Assembly (NCBI GenBank): GCA_964016885.1
Contig: OZ024741.1
Coordinates: 265,174,001-265,238,000, forward strand
From: Eledone cirrhosa
Lineage: Eukaryota
Direction: 5' to 3'
DNA length: 64,000 bases
Below, in pieces: positions 13,074 to 26,809 of the stretch (positions are counted from its first letter, which is position 1; every line of letters begins with the position of its first letter). Below the pieces are notes generated by a model. That model had not been told where the DNA came from. It did not search any database and was given only the letters and a program-made list of their open reading frames with translations. Made by a program: the position numbers and the translations under genes.

Positions 13074-14341
13074 GTAAGTTTCAAACACATTTATTTAATT
13101 CCTTAAATCAATGTTTCTTTATTTCACATATAATGCCAATTTACAAAGTCATACATCTTCTAGAGTCTATAACAATTGTCTAGAATCTAGACCATTGTTT
13201 CTCAAATTGCCTTCACCAACCACTTTACAGAGTGTACAGAGTAGAATTTCTCATAGCCCCAACACATGGGAGGTTGCCATGCCCTTGGCACAACTGAAGA
13301 GTCCTCACATCCCTTTGTTTGACATGGTTTCTATAGCTGAGTACCCTTCCTGTCACCAACCACTTTACAGGGTGTACTGGGCGCATTTTCTCATAGCCCC
13401 AACACTAGGGAGGTTGCCATGCCCTTGACACAACTAAAATGTCCTTTCATCCCTTTGTATGGCATGGTTTCTACAGCTGGATACCCTTCCTATCAACAAC
13501 CACTTTACATGGTGTACTGAGTGTGTTTTGTGTCACCAACACTAGGGAGGTTGTCATGCCCTTGACACAATTGAAAAGTTCCTTCATCTCTTTGTTTCAC
13601 ATAGTTTCTATAGTTGGGTGCCCTTCCTATCACCAACCACTTTACAGAGTATACAGGGTGGAATTTCTCCTAGCACCAACACTAAGGAGGTTGCCTTGTC
13701 CTTGACACAACAGAAGAGTCCTCTCAATGTAAAGATATGTCAGTACTACCTATCAGACCCTAACATCTCATTTAACACTTTAACGCTTGACTCTCCACAC
13801 CATCTCCCCCCCCCCCCCATTTCAAACTCCATTCCAACATGTGCTCCAACACACAAATGCAACTATCAATCTGTCCTCTCCAGCTATCTATCTTTCTTCT
13901 TTTCATTATAATTTCTCTATATTTTTCTTGTTCTTTCTTTCTATCTTCCTATCCACCTCTTTACATCGTCTTCTCTAGTCACAATCTCTCTTACATAAGG
14001 GAAGATAAACCCTCAATGTGGAATCTGAGTTCTTCTCCTCCCTCAGAGGGTCAAGCAATGTTTCTAACTGATGTGGCTGGATCCCTGGAGTTTTCTTTGA
14101 TTCACAATTTTCTTGCTGATCTCACTTTTTTTTATTTTTTATTTCCTTTGTTTTGCATTTCGTCTTTTCGTTACTTTTCACCTCTAAAATCGTATATACA
14201 ATCTTTTACAAAAAAAACATCTACGTACAAAACAATTTGTTATATATGCAGACTTGTAGAATTTTTTACACCTGAGTAATATTGTTTTAATGTGTATGTA
14301 AATAGGAAATAACGACTGTGGTAATGACAAGAATGCTTTAA

Positions 14342-14561
14342 CCCTTTAGCATTTAAACCAGCCATATCCAGCCACAATTCTCTCACCTCTTTCTGTTCAA
14401 ACTGGCTGAAACTGGCTGCTCATACTGATGTTACGGTATTTTTCTCAAAATAAATAATATCAAATTCTCATAGATTCGATAATATGTGAGATAGTTGAGT
14501 AAGATAAAGCCTTTATCACAAAATACAATAGTATATATAGAGTAATGTAAATGCTAAAGGG
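14342..14561. mobile_element. piggyBac-type MITE (~220 bp); other copies at 1196-1416, 4429-4650, ~11353-11572, 60639-60843
   Basis: TTAA-CCCTTTAGCATTTA...TAAATGCTAAAGGG-TTAA (TIR + TTAA TSD). Confidence 0.9.
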
Positions 14562-15368
14562 TTAAATCCCAGAAGTATATTCAAGTATCACTATCCCAAT
14601 AATACGGTGGGGGGAGGGTAGAATCTGAGTTATCCCCCTTTCTTCCATTTCGTTGATTTCTCTTTCTCTATAGTTGAACGTCTTTCCTAACAACAACCAC
14701 TTTACAGAGTGTATTGAGTACATTTTTATCATGGCACTAACACTAGATATCTTGTCGTGTCCTTCATCTGGCTGAAGAGCCCTCTTGAAGCTTTTGTCTT
14801 TAGTCTTTACAGCTGGGAGAATATTGATATATTTTTTTTTTAAAAAGAACAACAAAATTATGGTATTTTTTTTTTTCTTTTCATCATCATCATCATCATC
14901 ATCGTTTAACGTCCATTTTCCACGTTGGCATGGGTTAGACAGGTTGTCCCATTAGAAGCAATTTAGGTCAGGTGACCGTGTCTTGCTCATATAGAACTGT
15001 TTCTGGCTAGGTTTATACAGCCGGATGCCCTTCCTAACGCCAACCACATTTACAGTGTGTACTGGGTGCTTTTTGTTGTGACACCTACAAGACCACTTTA
15101 CAATGTAGGCTGGGTGCTTTTTGTCGTGACACCTATATGACCACCTTACAGTGTGGGCTGGGTGATTTTTGTTGGGGCACCTACATGATCACCTCAGTGT
15201 GAACTGGGTGATTTTTGTCGTGACACCTACACGACCACATTACAGTGGTACTTTTTGTCATGATTCCTACACGACCACTTTACAGTATGGGCTGGATGAT
15301 TTTTTTGTTAATCATATATTTTAACATTTATTATATATTTTATTGTAATGATTCCATTTCACTTTCAG

Positions 15369-15408
15369 GAATGAAAACAATGAATATGTGACGATAACAC
15401 AACCCTAA
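15369..15408 (+). CDS. Gene A terminal coding exon (NENNEYVTITQP*)
   Basis: Acceptor ccatttcactttcag|G completes the AAG codon; TAA ends at 15408. Joined CDS 670+287+244+115+40 = 1356 nt = 451 aa + stop. Confidence 0.65.
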
Positions 15409-16109
15409 GGACTCAGTTTTGTTGAAAGCCTTTCACACTGTCTTACCTTGAAATAAAACTACATGGTACAGGTACAACACCAATTTCTGGCAACTAATGG
15501 TCTGACACTTCTTTTAATCAGGACATAATTGTGAACAGACACATAAATTTCCTAGTAACCAACACAGTATTTTACTGATTGGCCCACAAACTGTAATGTG
15601 TGTATCATTCACAATCATCTAAATATCTTGTTAGCTGTGGCTGTTGCAACTCCAGTAAATTGGAAGAAATTTTTATCTTGTTTTACTTACATTTATCCAT
15701 AGTTATTACTTCGAAACAGTGAAGATCTCAAAACATTTACACTTACATATTATTTTTAGTTCAGACATAGCAAGAGGGGTTCTACCTTCATATGTTTGTA
15801 AGGAATAAACAAAGGTGTGATGTAAAGGTTTGATAGTGAAAAAGTTATAATAACATGTCAGCTGTCATCTAAGAATTTTCCCTAAATTATTATTAGTACT
15901 TGATATCTGTCAGTCAGACGAAGCAGATAATTGGAGCGAAAGATGCTGTGAAATCAGTGGAATACCTGTAGTTGATAATAACAACACCAATAACAGCAGC
16001 AATAAATATTTAACAGATTGACTGAAGCCATGGAGTAGCCATATATACAGTATATTTCATTGTTCTTGTAGAAATGATAGGCAGCAGATGAACTTGTAGC
16101 ATAGTCGCT

Positions 16110-16430
16110 CCTCATCAGATTGGACCAATGAAACACTTTCCATTACTGATATTATCTGTATGTCACAACTAGCAAAAGAAAGGAGCTGGTTATTGGATCA
16201 GACCAATGAAACAGCATTTCCATTAGTCTTTCCATTGTTGATACTATCTGTTTGTCACAACTCCTGGCAGAAGAAGGGAGCTGGTCATCGGATCGGACTA
16301 ATGAAACAATATTTCCATTGGTCTTTCCATTACTGATCTATCTGTCTGTCACAACTCCTTGCAGAAGAAAGGAGCTGATCATTAGATCAGCCCAATGAAA
16401 CAATGTTTCCATTGGTCTTTCCATCGCTTT
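16110..16430. repeat. ~80-90-bp tandem repeat (~3.5 copies) downstream of the gene A stop
   Basis: Recurring gaccaatgaaac..tttccatt..tatctgt.tgtcacaact..agaa.ggagctg. Confidence 0.75.
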
Positions 16431-19119
16431 TCTGTCGACTAGAACATAATGTGACAGAATTATCTGCAGAGAAAAGAAGAGATATAAGAGTATATAGTCA
16501 ACTTTGGCAGTATTTGAACCTTAGCATTGAGCAATGAAATTATCTACTAAAAATGAACATTTAGTTCAGCCCTGTCTCAACCTATTCTGCTGCAGAAATA
16601 AAAAAGGATATGACACCATATAACATCAAATGTTTTTGAAGCCATTTTCCCTTCTACAGTAAAGATTAGCCTTGCAAGTCCCATAACAAACACTGTATCC
16701 ATAATGGGGTTCTCTCTGAGGCAATGTTTTATAGCTGTATGCCCTTCCTAGTGCTAACCCCTTTAGTTGCCTTTTACAACACACAGAGATATGGTCTACT
16801 TGTTATAACCCAGATACATACATCTATATACAATGCCATCATCATCATTTAACGTCCACTTTCCCTGCTAGTAAGAGTTGGACGGGTCTTCACAAACCAA
16901 GTCAGTAGTGAAACAGGACTACTGACCTCCCAGACAGGCTGGGGGGTTCACATCTCGCTTACATACAGTCCCATGCCCTTTCAACTTCATTTTATCATGG
17001 CAGCAGCACTAGAGAGATTGTCATATCATTGACACAACTAAAGGGGCTTCCCAACCCTTTGTTTGGCAGGTTTTGTACAGCTGGAGGTCCTTCCTATCAC
17101 CAGTTGCTTTACTGTTTATAGATCACCAACACTAGGGAAGTTGTCATGTCTTGGACACAACTGAAGATTCTTCTAGATTAAAAAACAAAATTCTGAGAGT
17201 AAAAATAAAATCTGTTCTTAATAGAAGTTTTATCCATTTATGTTGTTAGTTCAAATCATGCCAGAGTTAACTTTGTTTTTGTAACACCAACAAAAGGGGT
17301 ACCAGTTATATATTGCGGTTGATTCTATCAACTACCAATCTAGTTGGGTTTGTTCTTTCAGACCAAATCTAATATCTACCTAATGTATGAAATTATTGGA
17401 AAGCATAGTAACTAGAATAAGAGTGTGCAGAGAGCTACTATTTCTGTTTGCAGTCTAGCTTGTATCATGCTTACATACATAGCACATGGCCAGTGAATGT
17501 AGAGGATATACAAAGGCTAGAAATAAATAAATCAAACATGCTCCACCAGATGTGTAATGTTAGTGTGTGTGAATAATGAAGTTCAGTTGAATTAATAGAA
17601 ACACTGGATATAACAGAAGTGTTCTGTGGTGTGCAGGAGAGAAGATTGCATTGGTATGGGTATGGACATAACATGTATGGATGATGATCATTGGGAGAAG
17701 GGCCAGGAATTCCAAGTGGAAGGGAGTTGTAAAAAAGAAAAACCGAGACAGAGGTGTTGAAAGCTGACCTCAAAAAGGCCAAGAATTCCAAGGGGAAGAC
17801 CTGAACAGAGGTGGTGAAAACTGACCTCAAGAAACTAAAGAAACAAATGGAGGAAAGTTGTGGATGAGGAAAACCAAGAAAGACATGGGCAAAAGTACTG
17901 GAAGCTGACCTCAAGACACTTCATTTCACATTGCTCCTGTCTAGTCAGCTGGAAAAGAAAATGAGTATGAGCAGCAACTTAGGTTTAACCCCTGCAATAG
18001 ACTGGTATCATGGTAGGACTGGGGCCCCTATCATTAAAACACCAAAGAAACCTTATGTGAAATTCAGTCACACAGGGCCCAGCTAACCTGCATAGGTGTC
18101 AGCTGTGACAATATAATAGGGCTGAGACCTCTTTCATTAAAATACCCAAGAAACCTCCAAGATTCAATCTCATTGGAGGCCAGTTAAAACTAGATAGGTG
18201 TGAGCTGTAACAACAATGACACAATAGGACTGAGGCACCTATCATTAAAACACCTAAGAAACCTACGAGATGTAACATTGCAAAAGACCACCTAAACCTA
18301 CATAGATGTAAGCTATGACATGACAGCTCCCTATCATTAAAACACCTGGGAAATCTCATAGAAAGCCAGCTAAACCTACATAGGTGTGAGCTGTAACAAC
18401 ACCACACTAAGAAAAAGATATCTCAGTATGGCACCCACCCTAATTCCATAAAACTGATTACTATAATTAAAGCCAGGATAACGTGTAGAGATATGACAGC
18501 CCCTCCAGTGCTGGTGTCACAATAAAATGCACCCAGTACACTCTGTAAAGTGGTAGTAGTGGTGTTGCAATAAAATGCACTCTGTAATGTGGTAATGCTG
18601 GTTCCACAATACAATGCACCCAGTACACTCTGTAAAGTAGTAGTGCTGGTACCATTATAGAATACACCCAGTACACTGAGTAAAATGGTAGTGCTGGTGC
18701 CATGATAAAATACACCCAGTGCACTGCTTAAAGTGATAGTGCTGGTGTTGCAATAAAATGCACTCAATATACTCTGTAAAGTGGTAGTGCTGGTGCTATG
18801 ATAAAATGCACTCTGTAAAGTAAGTGTTAGGAAGGGCATCAAGCCATAGAAACTATACCAATAATGGAACATATTGAGTGAGACATGTCTAGAAAGACTA
18901 GCTCAGATTAAAAACAGACTTGATCTGTAACAATCCATCCAACCCATTGCCATCGTGGAACACAAATGTAAACTGATGATGATTTAAACCACCACTGCAA
19001 CAATTAAAATATTGATAGAATACTTTAGTATAAGACCTTGAATGAGGATATAGTTAACTAAAGGGTTCCTTATATATTACTGGTACTTATATATATATAT
19101 GGAAATTATACAGAAACTC

Positions 19120-22100
19120 TTCATCATCATCATCATCACCATTTTACATCCGTTCTTCCACGCTAGCATGGGTTAGACGGGTTGTCCTGTTGTGGGCAGT
19201 GTCTGGTCGGCTGACCATGCCTTGCTCATACAGGAACTGATTTGGCTTGATTTCTACAGCTGGATGCCTTTCCTAACACCAACCTCATTTACAGTGAGTG
19301 CTGGGTGCTTTTTCGTGGGGCCTACACGTCAACTTTACAGTGTGGGCTGGGTGCTTTTTTGCTGTGGCACCTCCACGACCACCTTGCAGTGGGGGCATAT
19401 TGTCTATATGCTTCAGCTTGTACCCATGGGAGGTCGGGTACTCTGTATTACTGCGTGACGCCAGAGGTCACGGTCGTGTGACATTGCCTTTGAGAGGTGC
19501 AATTGGGTAAGGTTGGTTTTTATCACCTCATCCCAGGTCATCTTGGGTCTCCCCACTCTGCGGTTTCCATCGACTTCTAGTGCTCTGCACCTTTTTATGC
19601 AGCTGTCATCCTTCATACGCATCACATGTCCATACCAACGCAACCGCCTCTCCTGCACACAGCATTTGATTCCTCTTATGCTCAGTCTCTCTCTCAATTC
19701 ATTTATGCTTTGTCGTTCGCGTATATTACTATTACACATCCATCGGAGCATGCAGGCTTCGTTTCTCTCTAATCTACGTAAGTCTTCCACCTTCAGCGCC
19801 CAGGTCTCACTACCATGCAACATCGCTGTTCGGATACACGCATCATACAGTCTGCCTTTCATTTTGAGGGAGAAGCCTTTTGCAGCTAGCAGTGGTAGTA
19901 GTTCCCTAAACTTCTTCCATCCCGTTCTTACCCTAGTTATTGTACTTTCTGAACACCCACCTCCGCTGCTAATTCGGTCACCTAGGTAGCAGAAGCTGTC
20001 TACTGTTTCTACAGAGCCCTCTCAGAGATTGGTGGTACTTATTTCCTGTGGCTGTTTGCTGCTTGCTGTCCCAGCACAGCTGCTGCATGTGAAGCCTACA
20101 TTCTTAATTAAGCTTCCTGAGATCCCGCTACATCTCTTGTGTACCCATTGTTTGCATTTGGGGCAGAGAATGTAGTTCCTACCTACACCTTTCCTACATA
20201 CTGAGCAAGGCCATTTCCCTGAGGGGATCTGGGTTCTGTCTTCTCGTCTACTTACAAGGACCTTAGTCTTTGTCATGTTGACTTTGAGACCCTTTCTTTC
20301 TAGTCCCTGCTTCCAAGTTTGGAATTTCTTCTCTAGTTCTACCATAGATTCAGCTATAAGTGCGAGGTCATCAGCATACAGGAGTTCCCATGGGCATCCG
20401 GTCTTAAACTCCTCCGTTATTGCCTGCAGGACTATGATGAACAGGAGGGGGCTAAGGACAGAGCCCTGGTGGACCCCAACCTGTACGCTAAATTCCTCGC
20501 TATACTCATTGCTAATCCTAACTTTGCTGACTGCTCCCCTATACATGGCTTGTACAGCTTTCACAAGCCATTCATCTACTCCTAGTTTTCTAAGAGCCCA
20601 CCAGATTACAGCACGTGGAACTCTGTCAAAGGCTTTCTCAAGATCAACGAATGCTAGGTACTTTTCCTGTAACTGCCTCTTCCTGGTACAAACCCAAATT
20701 GCATCTCATCTAGTTTCACCCGGTCCCTAATCAACTGTGCTATAACTCTTTCTGTTACTTTCATGACCTGGTCCATCAGCTTTATACCTCTATAGTTTCC
20801 TCTATCGAGTGCATCACCTTTACCTTTGTAGCAGTTGACAATGATGCTACTGCACCAATCTTTTGGTATGACACCTAGTATTACCTGGTTAACAATACGT
20901 GTGGTTATAGTGTGACCTACAGACTCAGATGCCTTCAGCATCTCGGCAGCTATACCCAATGGACCGGTTGCCTTCCCCATCTTCATATCTTTGATTGCCT
21001 TACTTACTACTCTGCTGCTGACTTGTACTGCTGGCCCCTCTATAGGGTCTACTTGGGGTAGGGTCTCTTCTTCCCATGCATTCTCCTCATTTAGTAATCT
21101 ATCATAATGACTCTTCCATGCATCTTTCTTCTCAGCACTTGTGAGGGCAAGCTCACCTTTATCATTCCGGATACACTTCTCTCCAATGACATCACAATTC
21201 TCTCTGACATACTGCCTCGCAATCTTGAACACCTCCTGTTTCTGGTCCTCACGTTGCAAAACATGCTTGAATTTTCTATCCTCTGCTTCCCTCCTATCTA
21301 AGTATACTTGTCGCCTAGCTTCCCTCTTGGTCTCTATGTAATGTACCCTGCTCCCCCCGTTCTTCCATTCTTTCCATGCCTGTCTATTGGCCTTAACTGC
21401 CTCATCTATCTTATTGTTCCACCACCAAGTCACTCTCCTCCTGCTTGTGGTCTTACTCCAGCCACAGACCTCATCCGTCGCCTCTAGTAAGTTATTTTTT
21501 AGGAACTCCCAGTGCTCTTCTACATTGAATGTCTCTATCTGTTCTTCTTTACTGTCGTAGGCGTTGAGTAAAATATCTTTAAATCTGTTACTGGTTGAGG
21601 GGTCTTTCAGCTTCCAGATCTTTCTTCTCCAGGTTGGCCTCTGTTTCCAGGTTCGTCTAGTTCTGACTGTGAGGTCGCTGACAACTAAGCTATGTTGGGA
21701 TGTACATTCCTCACTAGGGAAGGCTTTTGTGTTTACGACCGTCCATCTGTCACGTCCTCTGATGAGGATAAAATCTATCTGACTAGAATGCTCCCCTGAT
21801 CTATAGGTGATCAGGTGGTTGTCGGGTTTTTTGAAGTTTGTGTTACATATCGACATGCCATTGGCGTCGCAGAATTCTAGAAGTCTGAATCCTTCCTCAT
21901 TTCTTGTGCCAACCCCATGGCCTCCATGGACTCTATTGAAGCCGTCGCAGTGTTTACCTAAGTGTCCGTTAAAATCTCCTGCGATGATTAGGAAGTCATT
22001 GTCGTTTGTTAGAGCAGTAGTGTGCATTAGGGACTCGTAAAACCTATCCTTAAGTTTATCTGGCAACCCCGATTGGGGTGCGTAAGCTGATATTATTGTG

Positions 22101-22795
22101 GTAATTGTTTTATTCAGGACTAGTCTGAGTTTAATGATTCTTGCATTTACCCTGTACACTGAGATTACTTTATCTACCCACTTGTCAGCTAGTAGTATAC
22201 CCACACCACCCATCCCATCGTCATTTCCCACCCAGAAAAATTTGTAGCACTGAGTTTTTCCTACAAGGACTCTAGCAGACTCTCCTCTCCATCTAGTCTC
22301 TTGCACACAGTATACATCAATTTCCTTTCGCTCTAGCATTTCTACGATTTCTCCTGCTCTTCCTTTCATTGTGCTTACATTGATGGTACCAACTTGGAGT
22401 TTTGAGCATTTGTCGACATTCGTAGGGAAGGGTCGATTTTTGCAGGGGTGTGTGTGTGCTTTCTCTCTCTGGATTGGCGCTTCACATGGGTGCTTGGTAG
22501 TTCGCGGATTCATATTTCATCTATTAATTCAGAGTTGCTCAAATTTATTCTCAGCTCATCCATCCATAACGGTAGGAAAATTCAGGGCTAGAAGAACAGT
22601 GGTGGTGGAATAATGGCAGGGTGTGTTGGGCTGGGACAGGGGAGGAGAGAGTTAGTTAGGTAGTAGTAGTAGTAGTAGAAGAAATGGCATGCTGAGATTT
22701 GATTGGTCGAATAGGCTATGGTGTTGTGAGGGGTGGGTGGGAGGGAAATTGTGAGGTAGAGAGAGGGTCGCTATCAAGGCGATAGAACTAACCGA
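19120..22795 (-). mobile_element. Near-full-length RTE-clade LINE (APE endonuclease + RT with PHD-like finger), disrupted; (GAT)n tail
   Basis: ORF pieces 22513-20654 (GTINV, VQETRW, SAYAPQ, GDFNGH, IDFIL; RT YKGKGD..NYRGIKL..QFGF), 20564-20022 (GVHQGSVLSPLLF, LLYADD, CSVC..C..C..WVHKRC) and 19862-19413 (GSETW, RRLRWYGHVMR). Confidence 0.95.
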
Positions 22796-22841
22796 TATAT
22801 ATGTATATTGTATATATACTCTCTCTATATATATATATATA

Positions 22842-22941
22842 CAGGGTGTCCCCAAAAATGTATACATACTTTGATTACCTGTACAGGCAATATTTATTAG
22901 AAAGCTGTTGAATTGTGTATACGTTTTTTTGGGACACCCTA
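22842..22941. mobile_element. Tc1/mariner MITE (100 bp)
   Basis: TA-CAGGGTGTCCC..AAAAATGTATACA...TGTATACGTTTTT..GGGACACCCT(A)-TA within (TA)n. Confidence 0.85.
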
Positions 22942-24430
22942 TATATATAATTAGGGTGGATTCAGTTAGAAACTGGTTAGACCATTACTTACCAGAGTAC
23001 TCTACACTTGAGGTAGTAGAGTATGGTTATGTGAACGAGTCTGAACCCCAACAGCTGAGCTGTTGCCATTTCAACAGCTAGTTCCATATATATGGGCGTG
23101 TGTGTGTGTATGTGTATAAGGTCAACAATGTAAAACTGGAAAGAAACCGAGAACAATTACTAAATGTGTTATTAGGGCTAATAATTTTAGAGAAGGGAAA
23201 GCTCATTAAATCCACCCCAGTACATTACTGGTACTTTATTTTATCAACCCCCTGTTAGTATGAAAAGCAAAGCTAATCTTGGCAGGATTTGAACTCAGAA
23301 CATAAAGGGAATTAACTATGCCACAAAGCATGTTGTCTTATGCCCTACCGATACTGTCAATCTACCACCCTTACAGAACAACAATAATAATAATAATGGT
23401 TTCTCATTTAAGCACAAGGCCAGTAATTTGTCAAAGTGGGGAGGTTAAACTTGGTTAAATTAATTCAGTATTTCACTGGTACTTTATTTTATTGACCCCC
23501 AGAAGGATGAAAGACAAAGCTGACCTTGAGATTTGAACTTAGATCTTGATGAGAAAGTACAAATACTGCAAAGCATTTTGTCCAATTTCCAGCCAATTCT
23601 GCCAATCCAATACCTTTCTTCTTGCTTGATGAGGCCAAGGTCATCTTAAGCCAGCCATCCCAGAAGCATCATCATGCGTAGAACCGATCAGGTCCACCAG
23701 AGTCCTTCATCACTGGCAGTCCCTTGCCATCTCCTCGGCAACCTCCGAAGACTTTCCCTGATGACATCCAGCCATCTGGTGCAGGGCTTGCCGGGTGGCC
23801 TTTTCCAGCCTGCAGCCGCTATGTCAAATAAGAGTAAGGCCCTGGTAGGATGACCTAGTGGTAAGCGGAGGACATAAAAATCCAATACCTAACAATAATA
23901 ATTATTTCTACTTTTGGCACAAGGGCTGCAATTTGAAAGGAAAGGGAAAGTTGATTAAATTGAACCCAGTGTGTTACTGGTAGTTTATTTTATCGACCCC
24001 AGTAAGGATGAAAGGCAAAGCTAATTTCACTGAGATTTGAACTCAAAATGCAAAGGGCCATAATTATATGCAAAGTATGTTGTCCGACACTCTACTGATT
24101 CTGCCAATCCACACACCCTGATACCTATTAGTTATAATGTTTTTGAAGATAGTCACAAGGCCGTGAATTTATGAAGAGAGAGGTGGGAGGAGTCGATTAT
24201 AACAACCCCAGTAGTTGACTGGTACTCTATTTTATTAACCTCCATATCGCTTGAACTCACAGCGCAGAGAGCTGGAACAAATACTGCAGAGCACTTTGTT
24301 CGACACTCTACCAATTCACAATATGTGGACATTGATGAAATAAGTCAAGTAATTATTAGGATTAAGAAATGCAGCCTGGAGTTGGAGCTATTTTTTATCA
24401 TAAAAAAAAATAAATTGTGCATATAAATAG

Positions 24431-24482
<52 letters not shown>

Positions 24483-24719
24483 CATGTATGTATAAATATA
24501 TACGTGTGTGTATTCAAACTGCTTCCAATTATACTCAGTTGTTTTATTATTAATTAATATTTATCTACATTTCATGGCATTAATTGTATTTAACCCTTTT
24601 GTGACCATATTTCTAACAAGAATATACTGCCTTTGTTTTAATTAGCAAAATAATCATCAACATTTAGAAGAGGTTTAGTGAAATAATAAACTTTCAACCT
24701 CTTCTCCCCCTCCTCCTCC

Positions 24720-25325
24720 TTTTCTTCTTGAGAGGGTCATGGGGGTAGAGTCCTCAAATACTCCTTCCAGCAGGTCCTGCCAGAAGCAACCGTCTCCAAC
24801 TGATCTGGCTGGATCCCCAAGCGAGACCAGCCAAGCTCATAGATATTATCCAATCCAACCAAATCTTGCTTGGGGTTAACCCTTGGGTCTCTTGCCGGTT
24901 GGTTTTGCTTGTAAAATCTCTGCAGTAATTCTTTCCTGAGACATTCTAACCACATGCACATAGTATCAGAACTGTGACTCTCTGATCTCGGAACTATGCA
25001 CTCTATTGAGTAATGTTATTCCAAAGACCCTTCAGAAGAATCCCATTTCAGCCGCTTCTATTCGCAATCATATTCTTTCAGTCAGTATCCAAGATTCGTT
25101 ACCATAGGCAAGGGTTGGAATGAATACTGAATTGAAGATAACAAGTTTAGCTTTTACACCTACCTCCCTTCTGATTACTGAATGCTGAAGTTAGCACATT
25201 GCTACACCAGCTCCTGTAATTCATGCACTTAATTCAGCCTCCTGCCTTCTATCACTCGAGAACATGGCCCAAGATACTTGAACTTCTACACTTGATTCAG
25301 ATTAGAACAATTTAGTTGAAGCAGT
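24720..25325 (-). mobile_element. Degenerate RTE-type LINE 3' portion
   Basis: Minus-strand remnants of KFKYLG, YGNESW and IEAAEMGFF; (GAA/GGA)n tail. Confidence 0.7.
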
Positions 25326-26809
25326 TTGGTGTTTAACACATTTGTTACCATTTTTTTAATGAAATACACTGCTTGCTTGAAATTTTCAAATCATTTGAAA
25401 GGATTTACTAATGTAACTTATGGTCAGCGACTAAATCAGCTCCCTGGTCTGGTGAGGTGGAACCCCAGCAGATTAAAAACAAGAGCTGTAAAAAAAACTC
25501 TTCAGAGTCAACAGCCATCCGCCCCAGCTGGCAGTTGACCAAGCGTGGTGAGTACGGATACACCCCTGACATGACCAAAACCAAACAAAGTGGTGGAGGT
25601 CAACGAAGCAAGGGCTCCTGTAACAGGAATGAGAAAGCCCCGAATTGGATTAGACTAATATAACTTCCTTAATATTAAGCTGGTGTTTGGAGTATTACAT
25701 AACAATGATTCTAACATAAAATTATAATGGAAGGTTTAAACACTTTGAAACAAACAGTTTTGTATCATAGAACTAAACTGGTTTCATGTGGTTTTGCATC
25801 AGAAATCTAATATTGTCTGTTGTGTAATAATGAAATTCAGTTCAAGGTTTGGATTTAAATTTGAACAATTTAACATGGCTGGGTAGTGTTAAAATACATT
25901 TACCATATGTATATATATATATCTATATATATATATAGTTTATACATGAATAAACATATTTTGACACCTCGTGCCTGGCGGTGGATTGGCAGTATCGGTA
26001 GAGGGTTGGACACCATGCTTTGACGCATAGAGTTAAGGCCCTTGCCATTCTTAGTTCAAATCCCACTGAGGTTAACTTTGCCTTTCAGCCTTACGGGGTC
26101 AATTAAATAAAGCATCAGTAATAAACTGGGATAATTGCTGGCCTTGTGCCAAAAGTAGAAACAATTATTATATAGGTATAAATATATATACTGATTTGTC
26201 AAGACTTACATACTATAAATAATTTTTACAGTTGTTTTACTAAAACCCCTCCAAGCTATTATTTTGGGAGAATCTTTGTTATATTGAAGATAATTTAAAT
26301 ACAGGTAACAAGCAGTCTACACATTAGAAATAAAACTATGAAAGGGTTAAAAAATTATATATATATATATATATATTGAGAGAGAATAATGAAGCTAGAC
26401 CTAGTCGAACTTGGTTATTCTCTCTATTAAATTTTGAGCTTTGCAGTCCATGCCATAAGTCTACTAAAATCTAATATGGCTAAAAACTCCCTCAGCCTTT
26501 TTTTTGGTTATTGTTGGACCAATGATACTGATTAACAGAGCTTCTATGATCTTTACCAGGATATATATATTGGTGAACTCCAATAAAACCAAACTTATAT
26601 GTATCTATTTCTTTTCTTATAACTTACAAACTCCCCCCAAAACCAAATTGTTCACCCACTTTCAACCGCAATATTGATATCTTAATACATTACCATCACT
26701 TGTATATTTGTCTGTCTTATAAATAAATATGTCTATTTTTTTAACTTTCATTTCAAATCATCAATAAAGAAGCATCTTATGCAGAGATATATTTTTCATT
26801 TTAATCCAT

